Assembly (NCBI GenBank): GCA_963580345.1
Contig: CAUZKZ010000001.1
Span: 1-53,110 of the forward strand
Origin: Verrucomicrobiia bacterium
GTDB taxonomy: Bacteria > Verrucomicrobiota > Verrucomicrobiia > Verrucomicrobiales > Akkermansiaceae
Direction of reading: 5' to 3'
Length of the DNA: 53,110 nucleotides
The notes under the pieces were generated by a model. It saw only the letters and a program-made list of their open reading frames with translations, was not told the DNA's origin and did not search any database. Positions 27,219 through 36,995 of the stretch are shown one piece after another (position 1 is the stretch's first letter; each line of letters starts with the position of its first letter). Made by a program: the position numbers and the translations under genes.

Positions 27219-29207
27219 TTAGAACGCGATCCCGATGGCGAAGTGGAAGGCGCCGTGCGGTTCGTTTCCCTCGCGATTCAGGGAGCGGCCGTATTCGAGG
27301 CGGACGGGGCCGATGGGGAGGTCGAGGCGAATCCCGAGGCCAAGGGCGTACTTGATATCGCCCGCGAACAATTCGTGGTAATCCCGGTTCAGGGAGCCGG
27401 CATCCAGGAAGAGAACTCCCTTCACGGGGCCGAAGAGGCGGTGGATGTACTCGGCGTTGGCGACCCAGTAGGCCTCGCCTCCGCGCGGGTCGCCATTGCC
27501 CGCCACGGGGCCGAGTTCACGTTCCGGGAAGCTCCGCACCGTGTTTCCTCCCCCGAGGAAATAGCGCAGGTCGACGGGAAGAGCGGTGTCGGAGCCATTG
27601 GGAACGATCACGCCGGCGCGCCCCCCCACTGCCACGGCCCCCTTGTCGAAGATGGTCTTGTAGTAGCTCACATGGGCCTCGCCGCGCAGGAAAGACGTAC
27701 TCTCGGATCCGAGCGCGAGTCCGAGGTCGGTGTCGAGCTGGGCGTAGAATCCGTCCTTGGGGAGAACGGGATTGTCGCGCCGGTCGTAGGTCTGAGAGAG
27801 ACCGAGCACATTCAGAAAGTAGAGGTCCGGTCCGAGTTCGGCCTTGGGCAGGCCCTCGGAGCTGACGGTGACGGCGGAATTTCGGAAGGACGCCTTCATG
27901 ACGTAGTGATCGGTCACCTCCCACTCCAGTTCGACACCCAGGCCGGCCTCTGCTTTCTTGTAGCCTTCGTAGGTGCGGGTGGTGAGGAAGGCGGTGGGGG
28001 TGAGACGCAGGTCGTAACCAAGGAAGCGGGGTTCGGTGACGCTCACTTCCCCGAGGAGTCCGAGGCCCGACCACTCCGCGCGGGTGGAGAGATTCCAGAG
28101 GTTGCCCCAGAGGTTGCGGTTATAGTATCCGGCCCCGACGATGAGTCCTTCGAAGCTGCCGGCCCCGCCGTAAAAGTAGTAGCCCTCCTGTTTCGATTCC
28201 GTGACGTTGAGTGTGAGATCGATAAAACCGTCGGGGCGGGGGTGCTCGTCAACGCGGATGCCCGCGAAGGCACCGGTTCCGAGCAGGGCGCGAATCTCGG
28301 CATTGAAGGCGTCGCCGTCGTAGTGATCTCCCCGGAAGCCGTCGAAACGGTTTTGGACCAGGCGGGGCTTGACCTTCTTGGTGCCGGCCACGCGAATCTC
28401 ACCGACGCGGTAACGCGGGCCGGGATCGATGAGGATGCGCAACTGCGTGCGGGCGTTGCGGTGGGTGGCGAGCACCTTGGTGGTGGCAAACTGATGGCCA
28501 CGCTTGCGAAAGAACTCCTCTACCTTGGCGCGGACGGCACGGATGTTCGCCGCGGTGGCGACCATATCGCCGAAGGTGGCGAGGCTGGCGACGAGCCCTG
28601 GGTCGGGAGCGACCGTCCCGCCAAACTGGATGGGGAGCAGGCGATAGAGAGGACCGGGATCGGCTTCCACGTAAACGTCCACCTTGGTTGTTCCGACGTT
28701 GCGGGCGGTCCTCGCGAGGCGGAGCTCGGCATCCCAGTAGCCCTTCGACCGGAGAAGATCCCCGGCATCCCGGATGGCCTCGTCATTGTGCTCGAGCAGG
28801 AAGGGCGTGCCCTCGCCGATCGCCAGGCTGCGGGCCTTGTGCGCGGAATTGATCTGGGCCTTCACATCGTCGTGCAGTTCTTCGTCGAGGCCCTTGATGT
28901 AGATTTCGCCGAGGGTGGAGCGGGGGCCCTCCTTCACGGTGAGCAGGATGCGATCGCGGCCCGGCAGGCTCCAGTCGACCTCCGGATCGGTAAAGCCACG
29001 CTGCACGAGGAGGCGATCCAACAAAAAGGCGGCATCGTCGGCACGGGAGGGGGTGGCGGGGCGCTTCTCGATGTAGACGAGACGCTCGCTGATCATTTGC
29101 CTGGCTTCGGCCTCCCCGATGGATCGCAATCCGCGAATACGCAGCTCGGCGGCCGTAGCCGCGGAGGCGAGAAGACAGGCGAGAAAAGGGATCGCGAGGC
29201 GTAGCAT
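27219..29207 (-). CDS. tamA: Outer-membrane Omp85-family protein (TamA/BamA-like; POTRA repeats plus D15 surface-antigen barrel)
   Basis: Signal peptide MLRLAIPFLACLLASAATA. The C-terminal barrel ends in ...AFHFAIGIAF (terminal aromatic beta-signal). It lies 6 nt downstream of tamB. The symbol is tentative. Confidence 0.75.
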   Translation of the reverse strand: MLRLAIPFLACLLASAATAAELRIRGLRSIGEAEARQMISERLVYIEKRPATPSRADDAAFLLDRLLVQRGFTDPEVDWSLPGRDRILLTVKEGPRSTLGEIYIKGLDEELHDDVKAQINSAHKARSLAIGEGTPFLLEHNDEAIRDAGDLLRSKGYWDAELRLARTARNVGTTKVDVYVEADPGPLYRLLPIQFGGTVAPDPGLVASLATFGDMVATAANIRAVRAKVEEFFRKRGHQFATTKVLATHRNARTQLRILIDPGPRYRVGEIRVAGTKKVKPRLVQNRFDGFRGDHYDGDAFNAEIRALLGTGAFAGIRVDEHPRPDGFIDLTLNVTESKQEGYYFYGGAGSFEGLIVGAGYYNRNLWGNLWNLSTRAEWSGLGLLGEVSVTEPRFLGYDLRLTPTAFLTTRTYEGYKKAEAGLGVELEWEVTDHYVMKASFRNSAVTVSSEGLPKAELGPDLYFLNVLGLSQTYDRRDNPVLPKDGFYAQLDTDLGLALGSESTSFLRGEAHVSYYKTIFDKGAVAVGGRAGVIVPNGSDTALPVDLRYFLGGGNTVRSFPERELGPVAGNGDPRGGEAYWVANAEYIHRLFGPVKGVLFLDAGSLNRDYHELFAGDIKYALGLGIRLDLPIGPVRLEYGRSLNREGNEPHGAFHFAIGIAF

Positions 29208-29213
29208 GAGGGA

Positions 29214-32200
29214 CTACCGGAAACGAACTGAGAAGATCACGACTCCGCGGGTATTTCCGGTGGCATCGACCGCGGCGGAGAGGAGGATTTTATTCGTGAG
29301 TTCGAGGGTCGCGGAGTTGAACTTGCGGCCGCTGAAGGGGTCGTTTTCGCCGACGGCGAGCTGGACCTCATCGAGTTCGGTGAGGAAGCGCTGGAAGAGG
29401 GTGTTGCGCCCGGGGACCTGGAAGCGGTCCTTGGCCCAATTGACGGCCAATTGGGCGGCCTTCATGGTGGCGGTATCGGTATTCTCGAGATCGCCGGTGG
29501 TGGTTCCGGTGGCGAGGAGGGTGAGGATCTCGCTCTCGGGAAGGGGAGGATCCGAGAAAAGGTTGTACTTCGGGTTGTTGGCGGAACCGAAGACGTTGAG
29601 GGTGACGTTGTAGCGAGCGATGGTGGCGGCACCGCGCAGGTCGATCACGGGGTCGTAGGGTGCGTCGGGCCGGAGCGTGACGATTCCCTGGCGGACATGG
29701 AGCTTGCCGGAGAGGGGAAGGCGGGCCCAGGCATTCTGGATCGTGACGGTGCCGGCCGGCCGGGGGTTGGAGAGGGTCCCTCTCACCCGGGCGAGGGCAG
29801 TGACCTTTCCAGTCGCAAAGTTTCCGCCCCGAATCAGGACGGGGTCCCCGGTGCGGACTCCCACGTCGAGAGTCCAGTTCTTGAAGGGGGCGGGAAGGCC
29901 GCCGATTCGCGCGGCCTTTTTCTGGTCGATCTTGGGGAGTTTCGGCTTCGGGACATTGGCGGTGGGGATCCCGATGGGGAGGAGATCGATGTCCTTGTAA
30001 AAGAGGCTTTCGACGAACTGGATGTCGCCGCTGAGGCGGGCGGCGCTGAGGGGACCGTTGAGTTTCAGCAGGCCGTTGGCGCGCAGGATGAAGCTCTCGT
30101 TGCGCCACGCCAGAACGTGATCGGCGTTGACCTGCAGGTCGAAGTCGGGCTCGTCGTTTCGTTTCCCGATCGTGCCGGAGAGGACGATCTTTCCGCCCGC
30201 GCAGTGGATGGGGGAGGGGTCGATGACAAGCCGGGAACCGTCGAGCCGCACCACCAGCTTGGAATTGCGCACATCGCGGAAGGGGGTGTTGGGAAGCGGG
30301 TAGCGGTCGAGCGTGACGGTGGCGCCACCAGCCACGACGGGTTCCCCGAGCGGGCCCCCGACCCGCACCTCGGCCTGGATCGATCCCTCCGCTTTGGCGA
30401 GGGCCGGGACGAAGGGCTGCAGGCGCTGGAGGGCGAAGTTGTTGACCTTGGCGTTGGCCTCGAGCGGCAGCTGATTGAAGTGTTCCGGATTCTCCAACCA
30501 GTCCTTCAACTGGATGGGGAGACTGGCCTCGAGATCGACCAGTTTGCCTCCCGGTTCCGTGACGGTTCCGATGGCGGTGAGGCGCTGGTTGGCGGTTGTG
30601 AAGGTGAGGGTGGCCGCGAGGGCGGGGATCTTTTCCGGTCCCGGCGTCGTGATTTCCTTGGCCGTGATCCCGCCCTGTAAGGTGGGTGAGCCGGGCGTTC
30701 CCGCGATGGTGAGATCGTAGCCGAGGGCCGCGCCGAACCCCTTGGGGAGTTTCAGGGGGAGAAGCTTGGCGAGGCGCAGCAGCTTGAGATCGCGGCCGTC
30801 GAGCTTCAGATGGAGGGGACCGTCCTGGCTGAAGAAGCCTTTGGCGGTGAGCTTGTCCGCCGCAAGCGGGAGCCTGCCTTCGAGGCTGGTGAGCGGACCG
30901 GTCTGGTCGTGCAGGCGGAGGGTGGCGATGGAAAACACCTCCTCGTCCCATTTGGCGGCGCCTTCGAGCCACAGGTCGCCGTTCCTGATGGAAAGGGAAC
31001 TCGCCTCGATGGTGCCCGGCCACGCGTAGGTCGAGGTGAGCTTGATCTCGGTGACCGATTCTTCCGGGGCGGTCAGTGTGAGCGCCTCGATGTCGAGGGA
31101 TCCGGTGTGAGTGCCTTGTTCCTTTTCCGCGAGTTGGCGCTCTCCGCTCCACTGCAGGGCAATCGGTCCGGTTGGCTTCCAAAGGGGATCCTCCTGCGCG
31201 GGCAGGAAGGGGAGCAACCAGGCGGGATCGGGGAGCTTGGCTTGCAGGCCGGCCTGGTAGGTCTTGGTGTCGAGATCGAGGGTGACGTTCAGCTCGATGG
31301 TTTCCGCGGGGCGCGGCTTCGCAAGTTGCACCGTGGCTGAGACGGTGTCGTCTGCGAGAGCCGCGCTTCCGGAGAGATCCGGCACGAGATTTTCCTGGTA
31401 GATGATGTTCGAGAACGCCCACTGCAGTCCGGCGGCGGAGACGCCTCGCTCGCCCCCGAGCGTCACGGTGGCCTCGGCGCTTACCGCCCCCTCCGGGATT
31501 CCGGCCAGCTCTGGAATGTCTTTTCCGGCCGCCGGCATGGCGTGTTGGAGGGCCTTGTGGAGGGACGGCGCGGTGACCTCGAGCGCGATGACTAGACCAT
31601 CCATCCACTTCTTCACGTCGAGCGAATCACCGGCGGGGCGCGGTGCGCTTGCTTCGAGACGGAGGTCGGAACCGATCGCGGCGCGGAGGCTGATCTCTTT
31701 CTCCAGCGCACAGCCGGCCTCGACTGCCTCGAGGCGTCCGCCCGGCCACTGCAGGTTGATCGCCTGCAGGGTGGCGGTGCCGCGCCACTGGGCAGGCTTT
31801 TCTAACAGATTCGCGAAATCGACGCTGAGCTTCTCCACCGTGCCGGCCAGTTCGAGGTCGGGAAAGTATTCGATCCTGGAGAGGTCGAGGGCCTTTTTCT
31901 GCAAATCGACCCGTACCGTCCCCTTGTCGTCGGCGGTGACCTCCAGTTGGGTGGCGAGGGCCTCGACGACGGCGTGGAGCGAGACGGGGCCCCCGACTGG
32001 GAAGTCGATCCTGACGACATTGACGGCAAGTTCCGGGATGATTTGGGCGTGACTGAGGCGGATCTGATCGGGGTCCCAGGCGAGGTGGAGGTCCTGGGTG
32101 CGCAAGCCCTCCTTCCCGAGGACATCGCTTTCGATTCGATCGATCGCAAACTCCGGCGACCCGGGGTGGTGACTGAGGGCGCCGAGAGTGAAATGGAGGT

Positions 32201-32807
32201 TGGGGAGTTGGGGGCGCCGGAGGGTGAAGTCGATTCCCTCCAGATCGATCTCGAGCGGCAGGAGGTGGGGACGAATTTTCCGCAGGGAATCTCCGATGGG
32301 ACCGAAGTCGGGAAGCGCGCCGTCCTCTTTCGCCTTATTCGCTTTGGGCTCCGGCAGGGTGGCCACCACCACCAGGTTACGAGCCGCCACGCCCTGCACC
32401 TTCTTGTCGAGGAGATCGACGATCCAGTAGTCCACCCCGATCTCGTCGAAGCTGAGGCGTTCGAGGGCTCCGGGACCGGTGAAGTGGCCGTCCAGCAGGG
32501 TGAATCCGTGGTGGAGGTGGCCTTCCACCGCCAGGTCGCCCGCCAGGCCCTTGCGAAACAACTGATCGCGGATGATTTTGCCGACCAACCAGCGTGCGAT
32601 GGGCCCGTTGATGGCAAAGCCCAAGGCCACGAGGAGGGCGAACGTGACCAGGAGGATCCGCAGCCAGCGGCGCCGCTTTCTCGTGGTGCGGGGCGGAGGG
32701 GGATCGTGCGGGGAGTCCTGCGAATTGGACACGGGCGGAGGCGAGGGCGAGGAGGTTGGGCGCAGTTCACGCGCCGGGTCCTCACGTCCCGCACGAGTGC
32801 GCTCCAC
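29214..32807 (-). CDS. tamB: Translocation and assembly module protein TamB (DUF490 family)
   Basis: ~1200 aa with the N-terminal anchor WLRILLVTFALLVALGF, an extended beta-rich body and a DUF490-like C-terminus (...GRKFNSATLELTNKILLSAAVD...). GTG start, exact start uncertain. Confidence 0.8.
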   Translation of the reverse strand: MERTRAGREDPARELRPTSSPSPPPVSNSQDSPHDPPPPRTTRKRRRWLRILLVTFALLVALGFAINGPIARWLVGKIIRDQLFRKGLAGDLAVEGHLHHGFTLLDGHFTGPGALERLSFDEIGVDYWIVDLLDKKVQGVAARNLVVVATLPEPKANKAKEDGALPDFGPIGDSLRKIRPHLLPLEIDLEGIDFTLRRPQLPNLHFTLGALSHHPGSPEFAIDRIESDVLGKEGLRTQDLHLAWDPDQIRLSHAQIIPELAVNVVRIDFPVGGPVSLHAVVEALATQLEVTADDKGTVRVDLQKKALDLSRIEYFPDLELAGTVEKLSVDFANLLEKPAQWRGTATLQAINLQWPGGRLEAVEAGCALEKEISLRAAIGSDLRLEASAPRPAGDSLDVKKWMDGLVIALEVTAPSLHKALQHAMPAAGKDIPELAGIPEGAVSAEATVTLGGERGVSAAGLQWAFSNIIYQENLVPDLSGSAALADDTVSATVQLAKPRPAETIELNVTLDLDTKTYQAGLQAKLPDPAWLLPFLPAQEDPLWKPTGPIALQWSGERQLAEKEQGTHTGSLDIEALTLTAPEESVTEIKLTSTYAWPGTIEASSLSIRNGDLWLEGAAKWDEEVFSIATLRLHDQTGPLTSLEGRLPLAADKLTAKGFFSQDGPLHLKLDGRDLKLLRLAKLLPLKLPKGFGAALGYDLTIAGTPGSPTLQGGITAKEITTPGPEKIPALAATLTFTTANQRLTAIGTVTEPGGKLVDLEASLPIQLKDWLENPEHFNQLPLEANAKVNNFALQRLQPFVPALAKAEGSIQAEVRVGGPLGEPVVAGGATVTLDRYPLPNTPFRDVRNSKLVVRLDGSRLVIDPSPIHCAGGKIVLSGTIGKRNDEPDFDLQVNADHVLAWRNESFILRANGLLKLNGPLSAARLSGDIQFVESLFYKDIDLLPIGIPTANVPKPKLPKIDQKKAARIGGLPAPFKNWTLDVGVRTGDPVLIRGGNFATGKVTALARVRGTLSNPRPAGTVTIQNAWARLPLSGKLHVRQGIVTLRPDAPYDPVIDLRGAATIARYNVTLNVFGSANNPKYNLFSDPPLPESEILTLLATGTTTGDLENTDTATMKAAQLAVNWAKDRFQVPGRNTLFQRFLTELDEVQLAVGENDPFSGRKFNSATLELTNKILLSAAVDATGNTRGVVIFSVRFR

Positions 32808-33035
32808 CAGCTAAGCGTGAGGCGGGCCAAGTCTCAAGCCCTACGCGCGGGCCTGAAAGGCAGGGGTTTCCATCGGATTCGTTCCGGAAGGTAGTGCGAT
32901 CCCCCCGGCAACTTCCGAAAAAGTGTCCACCCCTTGCCGCCACGGGCCTCACATGACCTCGCCAAGCTTGACGGAGTCTCGTGCTTGGGGACCTGGTTCA
33001 GCCTCGCTGCGCCCTCCCGCTGCGGACCGCGGAAA

Positions 33036-34970
33036 CTACATGTTGGGCAACTCGATGAAGCCTTCCAGTTTCCGGATGCGGGTCGGGTGGCGCATCTTGC
33101 GGAGGGCCTTGGCCTCGATCTGGCGGATCCGTTCGCGGGTGACCTGGAACTGGCGGCCGACTTCCTCGAGAGTCCGGCTGTAGCCGTCCTTGAGTCCGAA
33201 GCGCTGCTCGAGGACTTCGCGCTCGCGCTCTGTGAGAGTATCGAGGACCTCGTTGATCTTGTCCTTCAGCATCGAAAAGCCCGCTTCCTCCATCGGATTT
33301 TCGGCGGTCTTGTCCTCGATGAAGTCTCCGAAGGAAGTGTCGTCGCTGTCGCCCACCGGGGCCTGCAGCGAGATCGGTTGCTGGGCCATCTTGAGGACGG
33401 CGCGGACCCGCTCCACCGGAAGGTGAATTTCTTCCGCGATCTCGTCGGGAGTCGGCTCGCGGCCGTATTCCTGCACGAGCTGCTTCTGCACCCGCATGAG
33501 CTTGTTGATGGTCTCGATCATGTGGACCGGGATCCGGATCGTGCGGGCCTGGTCCGCTATGGAGCGGGTGATGGCCTGGCGGATCCACCAGGTGGCGTAG
33601 GTCGAGAACTTGTAGCCGCGGCGGTACTCGAATTTTTCGACGGCCTTCATGAGGCCCATGTTGCCTTCCTGGATGAGGTCGAGGAAGGAGAGTCCGCGGT
33701 TCGTGTACTTCTTGGCGATCGAGATGACGAGGCGCAGGTTGGCTTCCACCATCTCGGTTTTGGCCTTGTGGGCCTTGCGCAGCCAGTGGCGAAGGTCGTT
33801 GGTGGTGGATTCGAATTCCTCCTGGTCATGCCAGGAATAGAGCTGGAGTTCCTTGAGTTTGGTCTCGAACTCCTTCTTGTCCTTGGCGCGGGAGGTGAGC
33901 TTGCGCTGGTAGCGCCAGATCTTGGTCTGGGTCTCCTCGACCTCCTCGCAGAAGTCCTCGATCACCTTCTGCTTGAAGTAGAACCGGTTGTAGAGGCGGG
34001 CGAGGGTGGTGAGATTCTTTTCAAGGGACTCGAGGAGCTTCTTCTTCCCACGGACCGACTTGGCGCTGAGCTTCTTGAAGACCTTGCTGGTGTCCTCGTG
34101 CAGGTTGCGGACCTGGTCGCAGAGCTTCGGGAGGGTCTTCATGTAGCGTTCCCGGCTCTCGATCTTCTTGTCGAGAATGACGCGGTCGAAGCGCTCCTTG
34201 CCGCGGGTCAGCTTGTCGGCCAGTTCGAGGTAGCATTCCGCGGTGAAGCCGAACTTGTGAAGGAAGTTCTGCACGCAGAGTTCGGCGTCCTCGATGCGCT
34301 TGGAGATTTCGACTTCCTGCTCGCGGGTCAGGAGGGGGACCTGGCCCATCTGCTTGAGGTACATCCGGACCGGGTCATCGAGGATGTCGAGCTTCTGGTC
34401 CTTGGTGTCCTCGGCGGCGTCATCGCCGGTTTTCTTGTCCTTGTAGCGATCGACCTCGGAGGCATCGATGATGTCGAACTCCATGTTGCGGAGCCGGTCG
34501 AGGATGGCTTCGACGTCGGCGGGATCGACGAGGTCCTTGGGGAGGACTTCGTGGATATCGTCGTAGGTGAGGTAGCCCTGCTCCTTGGCGAGCTTGATGA
34601 GTTCGCGGATCTTTTCCTGGATTTCAGGGGTATCGATCCGGTTCTTGCCCTTGGGGAGCTTCTTGTTGGACCGGTTCTTTTCGGCGTGTTTCGCGCCGGC
34701 CTTGTCCTTGCGACCGGCCGGCTTCTCGCCGGCGGCCTCCTTGTCCGCTTTCTTGGGCCCCTTTTTCGCGACCTTGGCCGGCGCTGCCTTGGCGGCCTTG
34801 CGGGCGGCGGTCTTGGCCACCTTTTTCCCGGCTGCCTTCTTTGCGGTCACCGCCTTTTTCTTCGCGGTCTTGGCGGGGGCCCGTTTGGCGGCTTTCTTAG
34901 CCTTCTTGGCGGCGGACTTTGTGGCTGCCTTCCTGGGGGTCTTTTTGGGCGCGACTTTCTTTTTCGCCAT
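33036..34970 (-). CDS. rpoD: Primary RNA polymerase sigma factor (sigma-70) with ~110-aa Lys/Ala-rich N-terminal tail
   Basis: Region 2 [53 protein letters not shown] and region 4 [28 protein letters not shown]. Positioned downstream of dnaG. Confidence 0.95.
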   Translation of the reverse strand: MAKKKVAPKKTPRKAATKSAAKKAKKAAKRAPAKTAKKKAVTAKKAAGKKVAKTAARKAAKAAPAKVAKKGPKKADKEAAGEKPAGRKDKAGAKHAEKNRSNKKLPKGKNRIDTPEIQEKIRELIKLAKEQGYLTYDDIHEVLPKDLVDPADVEAILDRLRNMEFDIIDASEVDRYKDKKTGDDAAEDTKDQKLDILDDPVRMYLKQMGQVPLLTREQEVEISKRIEDAELCVQNFLHKFGFTAECYLELADKLTRGKERFDRVILDKKIESRERYMKTLPKLCDQVRNLHEDTSKVFKKLSAKSVRGKKKLLESLEKNLTTLARLYNRFYFKQKVIEDFCEEVEETQTKIWRYQRKLTSRAKDKKEFETKLKELQLYSWHDQEEFESTTNDLRHWLRKAHKAKTEMVEANLRLVISIAKKYTNRGLSFLDLIQEGNMGLMKAVEKFEYRRGYKFSTYATWWIRQAITRSIADQARTIRIPVHMIETINKLMRVQKQLVQEYGREPTPDEIAEEIHLPVERVRAVLKMAQQPISLQAPVGDSDDTSFGDFIEDKTAENPMEEAGFSMLKDKINEVLDTLTEREREVLEQRFGLKDGYSRTLEEVGRQFQVTRERIRQIEAKALRKMRHPTRIRKLEGFIELPNM

Positions 34971-35080
34971 GGAGCCTAATCGGAGTGGGACTGGGACGGA
35001 GATACAACTCCCCCATTATAGCAAGCCGAGGTGCTGGTCCCCGCAAGCGAGCGGGACTGTTCGTGAGGAGGTTGACAAGG

Positions 35081-36880
35081 TCAAGGATTTTCGGCACCGG
35101 TGCGAATTCTCTGCAGGTCGGCGATTTCCCGCATGATCTCGGCGGCTTCGTCGTCGTGGAGTTGCGGATCGGCGAGGCGGGAGCCAAGCGCTTCCAACTG
35201 GCGGGCGATGGCCTGGGCGGTCAATTTGCCGAGTGTCTCGGTGGCTGCCTGCAGGGGATTATTCGGGACCGGGTCGTCGAGGATGCCTATGAGGGGGGCG
35301 CGGTCCTCTTTGGGCAATCCCTCCAGGAAGGCATTGACGGCGGAGGGTTCGGGGACATCGGGATGGACCGTCATGATACGACGGAGGACCGCTTCGCCCT
35401 CTCGCCCTTCGATGGCGGTCAGGAGGGACTCGGTTTGCTCGCAGAGCCAGTTGAGGACTTCGTGGGACTGGAGGGCGAGCATGGCGAGAACGCGGATTCC
35501 CGGTTCGAGGACGGTGGGCTGGAAGGCTTGCTCGTGATCCTGGAGGCGGACGTAGGAAGGCCGCTTCCCCGCCGCGACGACCGCCTGCCGGACCCCGGAG
35601 GGACCGAGGCTGAGGCGGGTGGCGACGAAATTGATGGAGGCTTCCTGGGCGTTCTTGTCGAGGATGGCGTTGAGGAGGGGGGCGAGTTCGCGCACCACGC
35701 GGGCCTTGGTTCCGGGATCGCGGAGGTTCTCGGTCCCCGAGACGTAGTCGAGGAGGTAGTCGAAGAACTCCGAAGCGCCGGCGAGGAGCGCTCGAAAGGC
35801 GTCTTGGCCCGCGGACTTGATCAGGGAGTCGGGATCCTCTCCGGGCGGGACGGAGGCGACGCGGACTTCGAGGCCGGCACCGGCCAGTTCCTGGAAGGCG
35901 CGGCTGGCGGCCTTGTGGCCGGCGGCGTCGGAGTCGAAGCACACCACCACCTTGTCGGTGTATCGCTTGAGGAGGCGGGCGTGTTCGCTGGTGAAGGCCG
36001 TGCCGAGGGAGGCTACCGCGTTCTCGACCCCGGCCTCGTGGCAGGCGATGACGTCGATCTGGCCTTCGCACAAGAGGGCGAACTTTTCCTTCCCGATGCG
36101 GTGACGAGCCTTGTCGAGTCCGAAGAAGACGTTCGATTTTTTGAAGATGGGAGACTCCGGCGAGTTGATGTATTTACCGGAGGAGGGATCCTCGCGGATC
36201 TGGCGGCCGCTGAAGGCGATGGCGTCGCCGTAGTCGTTGTGGATCGGGAACATGAGGCGGTCACGGAAGCGCACCCAGAGCCCCGACTTGGGATTGTGTT
36301 CGTCACGCAGGCCGGCGATCCCGGCCTCGACCAGTTCGCGGCCGCTGAACCCGGCCCGGCGGGCCCATTCCAGGAAAGCGCCGGGTTGTACCGGCATCCA
36401 GCCCACGAGCCAGCGCTTGGCCATTTCTTCGCCGTATCCGCGCGACTTCAGGTAGTCCCGGGCGTGCTCGGCGTCGGAGTCCTCGAGGAGGCGCTCGTGC
36501 ATGAAGCGGGCCGCGGCATTGTGGAGTTCCTTGAGGCGGGTGAGCCTGCGTCTGCGGCTGTCCTCCTGCGGGTCGGCCTCGATGGCCTGGAGCTCGATAT
36601 TGGCGCGCTGGGCGAGTTTCCGGAGGGCGTCCGGGAAGGGGAGATTTTCGTGGGCCATCACGAAGCCGGCGGCGGTTCCTCCTTCGCCGCACCCGAAGCA
36701 TTTGTAGCTTTGGCGGGCGGGGTTGACCGTGAAAGACGGCGTCTTTTCGTTGTGGAAGGGGCAGTGGGTCTTGAAAACGGAGCCCGAACGTTTCAGGTCG
36801 AATCCGTAGGAGGAAATGAGGTCGACGATATCGGTGGCCGCCAGGACCTGTTCCACTGTTTCCTCGGGGATGCGTGGCAT
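35081..36880 (-). CDS. dnaG: DNA primase
   Basis: Zinc-finger motif CPFHNEKTPSFTVNP...YKCFGCGEGG and a TOPRIM region (LCEGQIDVI, VVCFDSDAAG). Start set at ATG 36878-36880. Confidence 0.92.
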   Translation of the reverse strand: MPRIPEETVEQVLAATDIVDLISSYGFDLKRSGSVFKTHCPFHNEKTPSFTVNPARQSYKCFGCGEGGTAAGFVMAHENLPFPDALRKLAQRANIELQAIEADPQEDSRRRRLTRLKELHNAAARFMHERLLEDSDAEHARDYLKSRGYGEEMAKRWLVGWMPVQPGAFLEWARRAGFSGRELVEAGIAGLRDEHNPKSGLWVRFRDRLMFPIHNDYGDAIAFSGRQIREDPSSGKYINSPESPIFKKSNVFFGLDKARHRIGKEKFALLCEGQIDVIACHEAGVENAVASLGTAFTSEHARLLKRYTDKVVVCFDSDAAGHKAASRAFQELAGAGLEVRVASVPPGEDPDSLIKSAGQDAFRALLAGASEFFDYLLDYVSGTENLRDPGTKARVVRELAPLLNAILDKNAQEASINFVATRLSLGPSGVRQAVVAAGKRPSYVRLQDHEQAFQPTVLEPGIRVLAMLALQSHEVLNWLCEQTESLLTAIEGREGEAVLRRIMTVHPDVPEPSAVNAFLEGLPKEDRAPLIGILDDPVPNNPLQAATETLGKLTAQAIARQLEALGSRLADPQLHDDEAAEIMREIADLQRIRTGAENP

Positions 36881-36983
36881 CGATCTGGCAGTGTAGCGGG
36901 AGATCCCGAATTGCCAATCTATCAGGTTCGGGGGCATTACAATGAGGCCGTGATTTTCTCGCCATCCTGCTGAAAATCCGCTG

Positions 36984-36989
36984 TATAAT
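36984..36989 (+). promoter_or_regulatory. Possible -10 box (TATAAT) 6 nt upstream of the nfeD-like ATG; would give a leaderless or near-leaderless mRNA
   Basis: A perfect TATAAT hexamer in an otherwise GC-rich context. No convincing -35 box and no Shine-Dalgarno sequence between it and the ATG at 36996. Confidence 0.3.
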
Positions 36990-36995
36990 GGCGCC

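Noticed and set aside
29214-32807. tamB preceding tamA (reverse of the E. coli order) as a novelty
   Set aside because: The gene order of Omp85/TamB pairs varies among phyla. The 6-nt spacing simply supports co-transcription.
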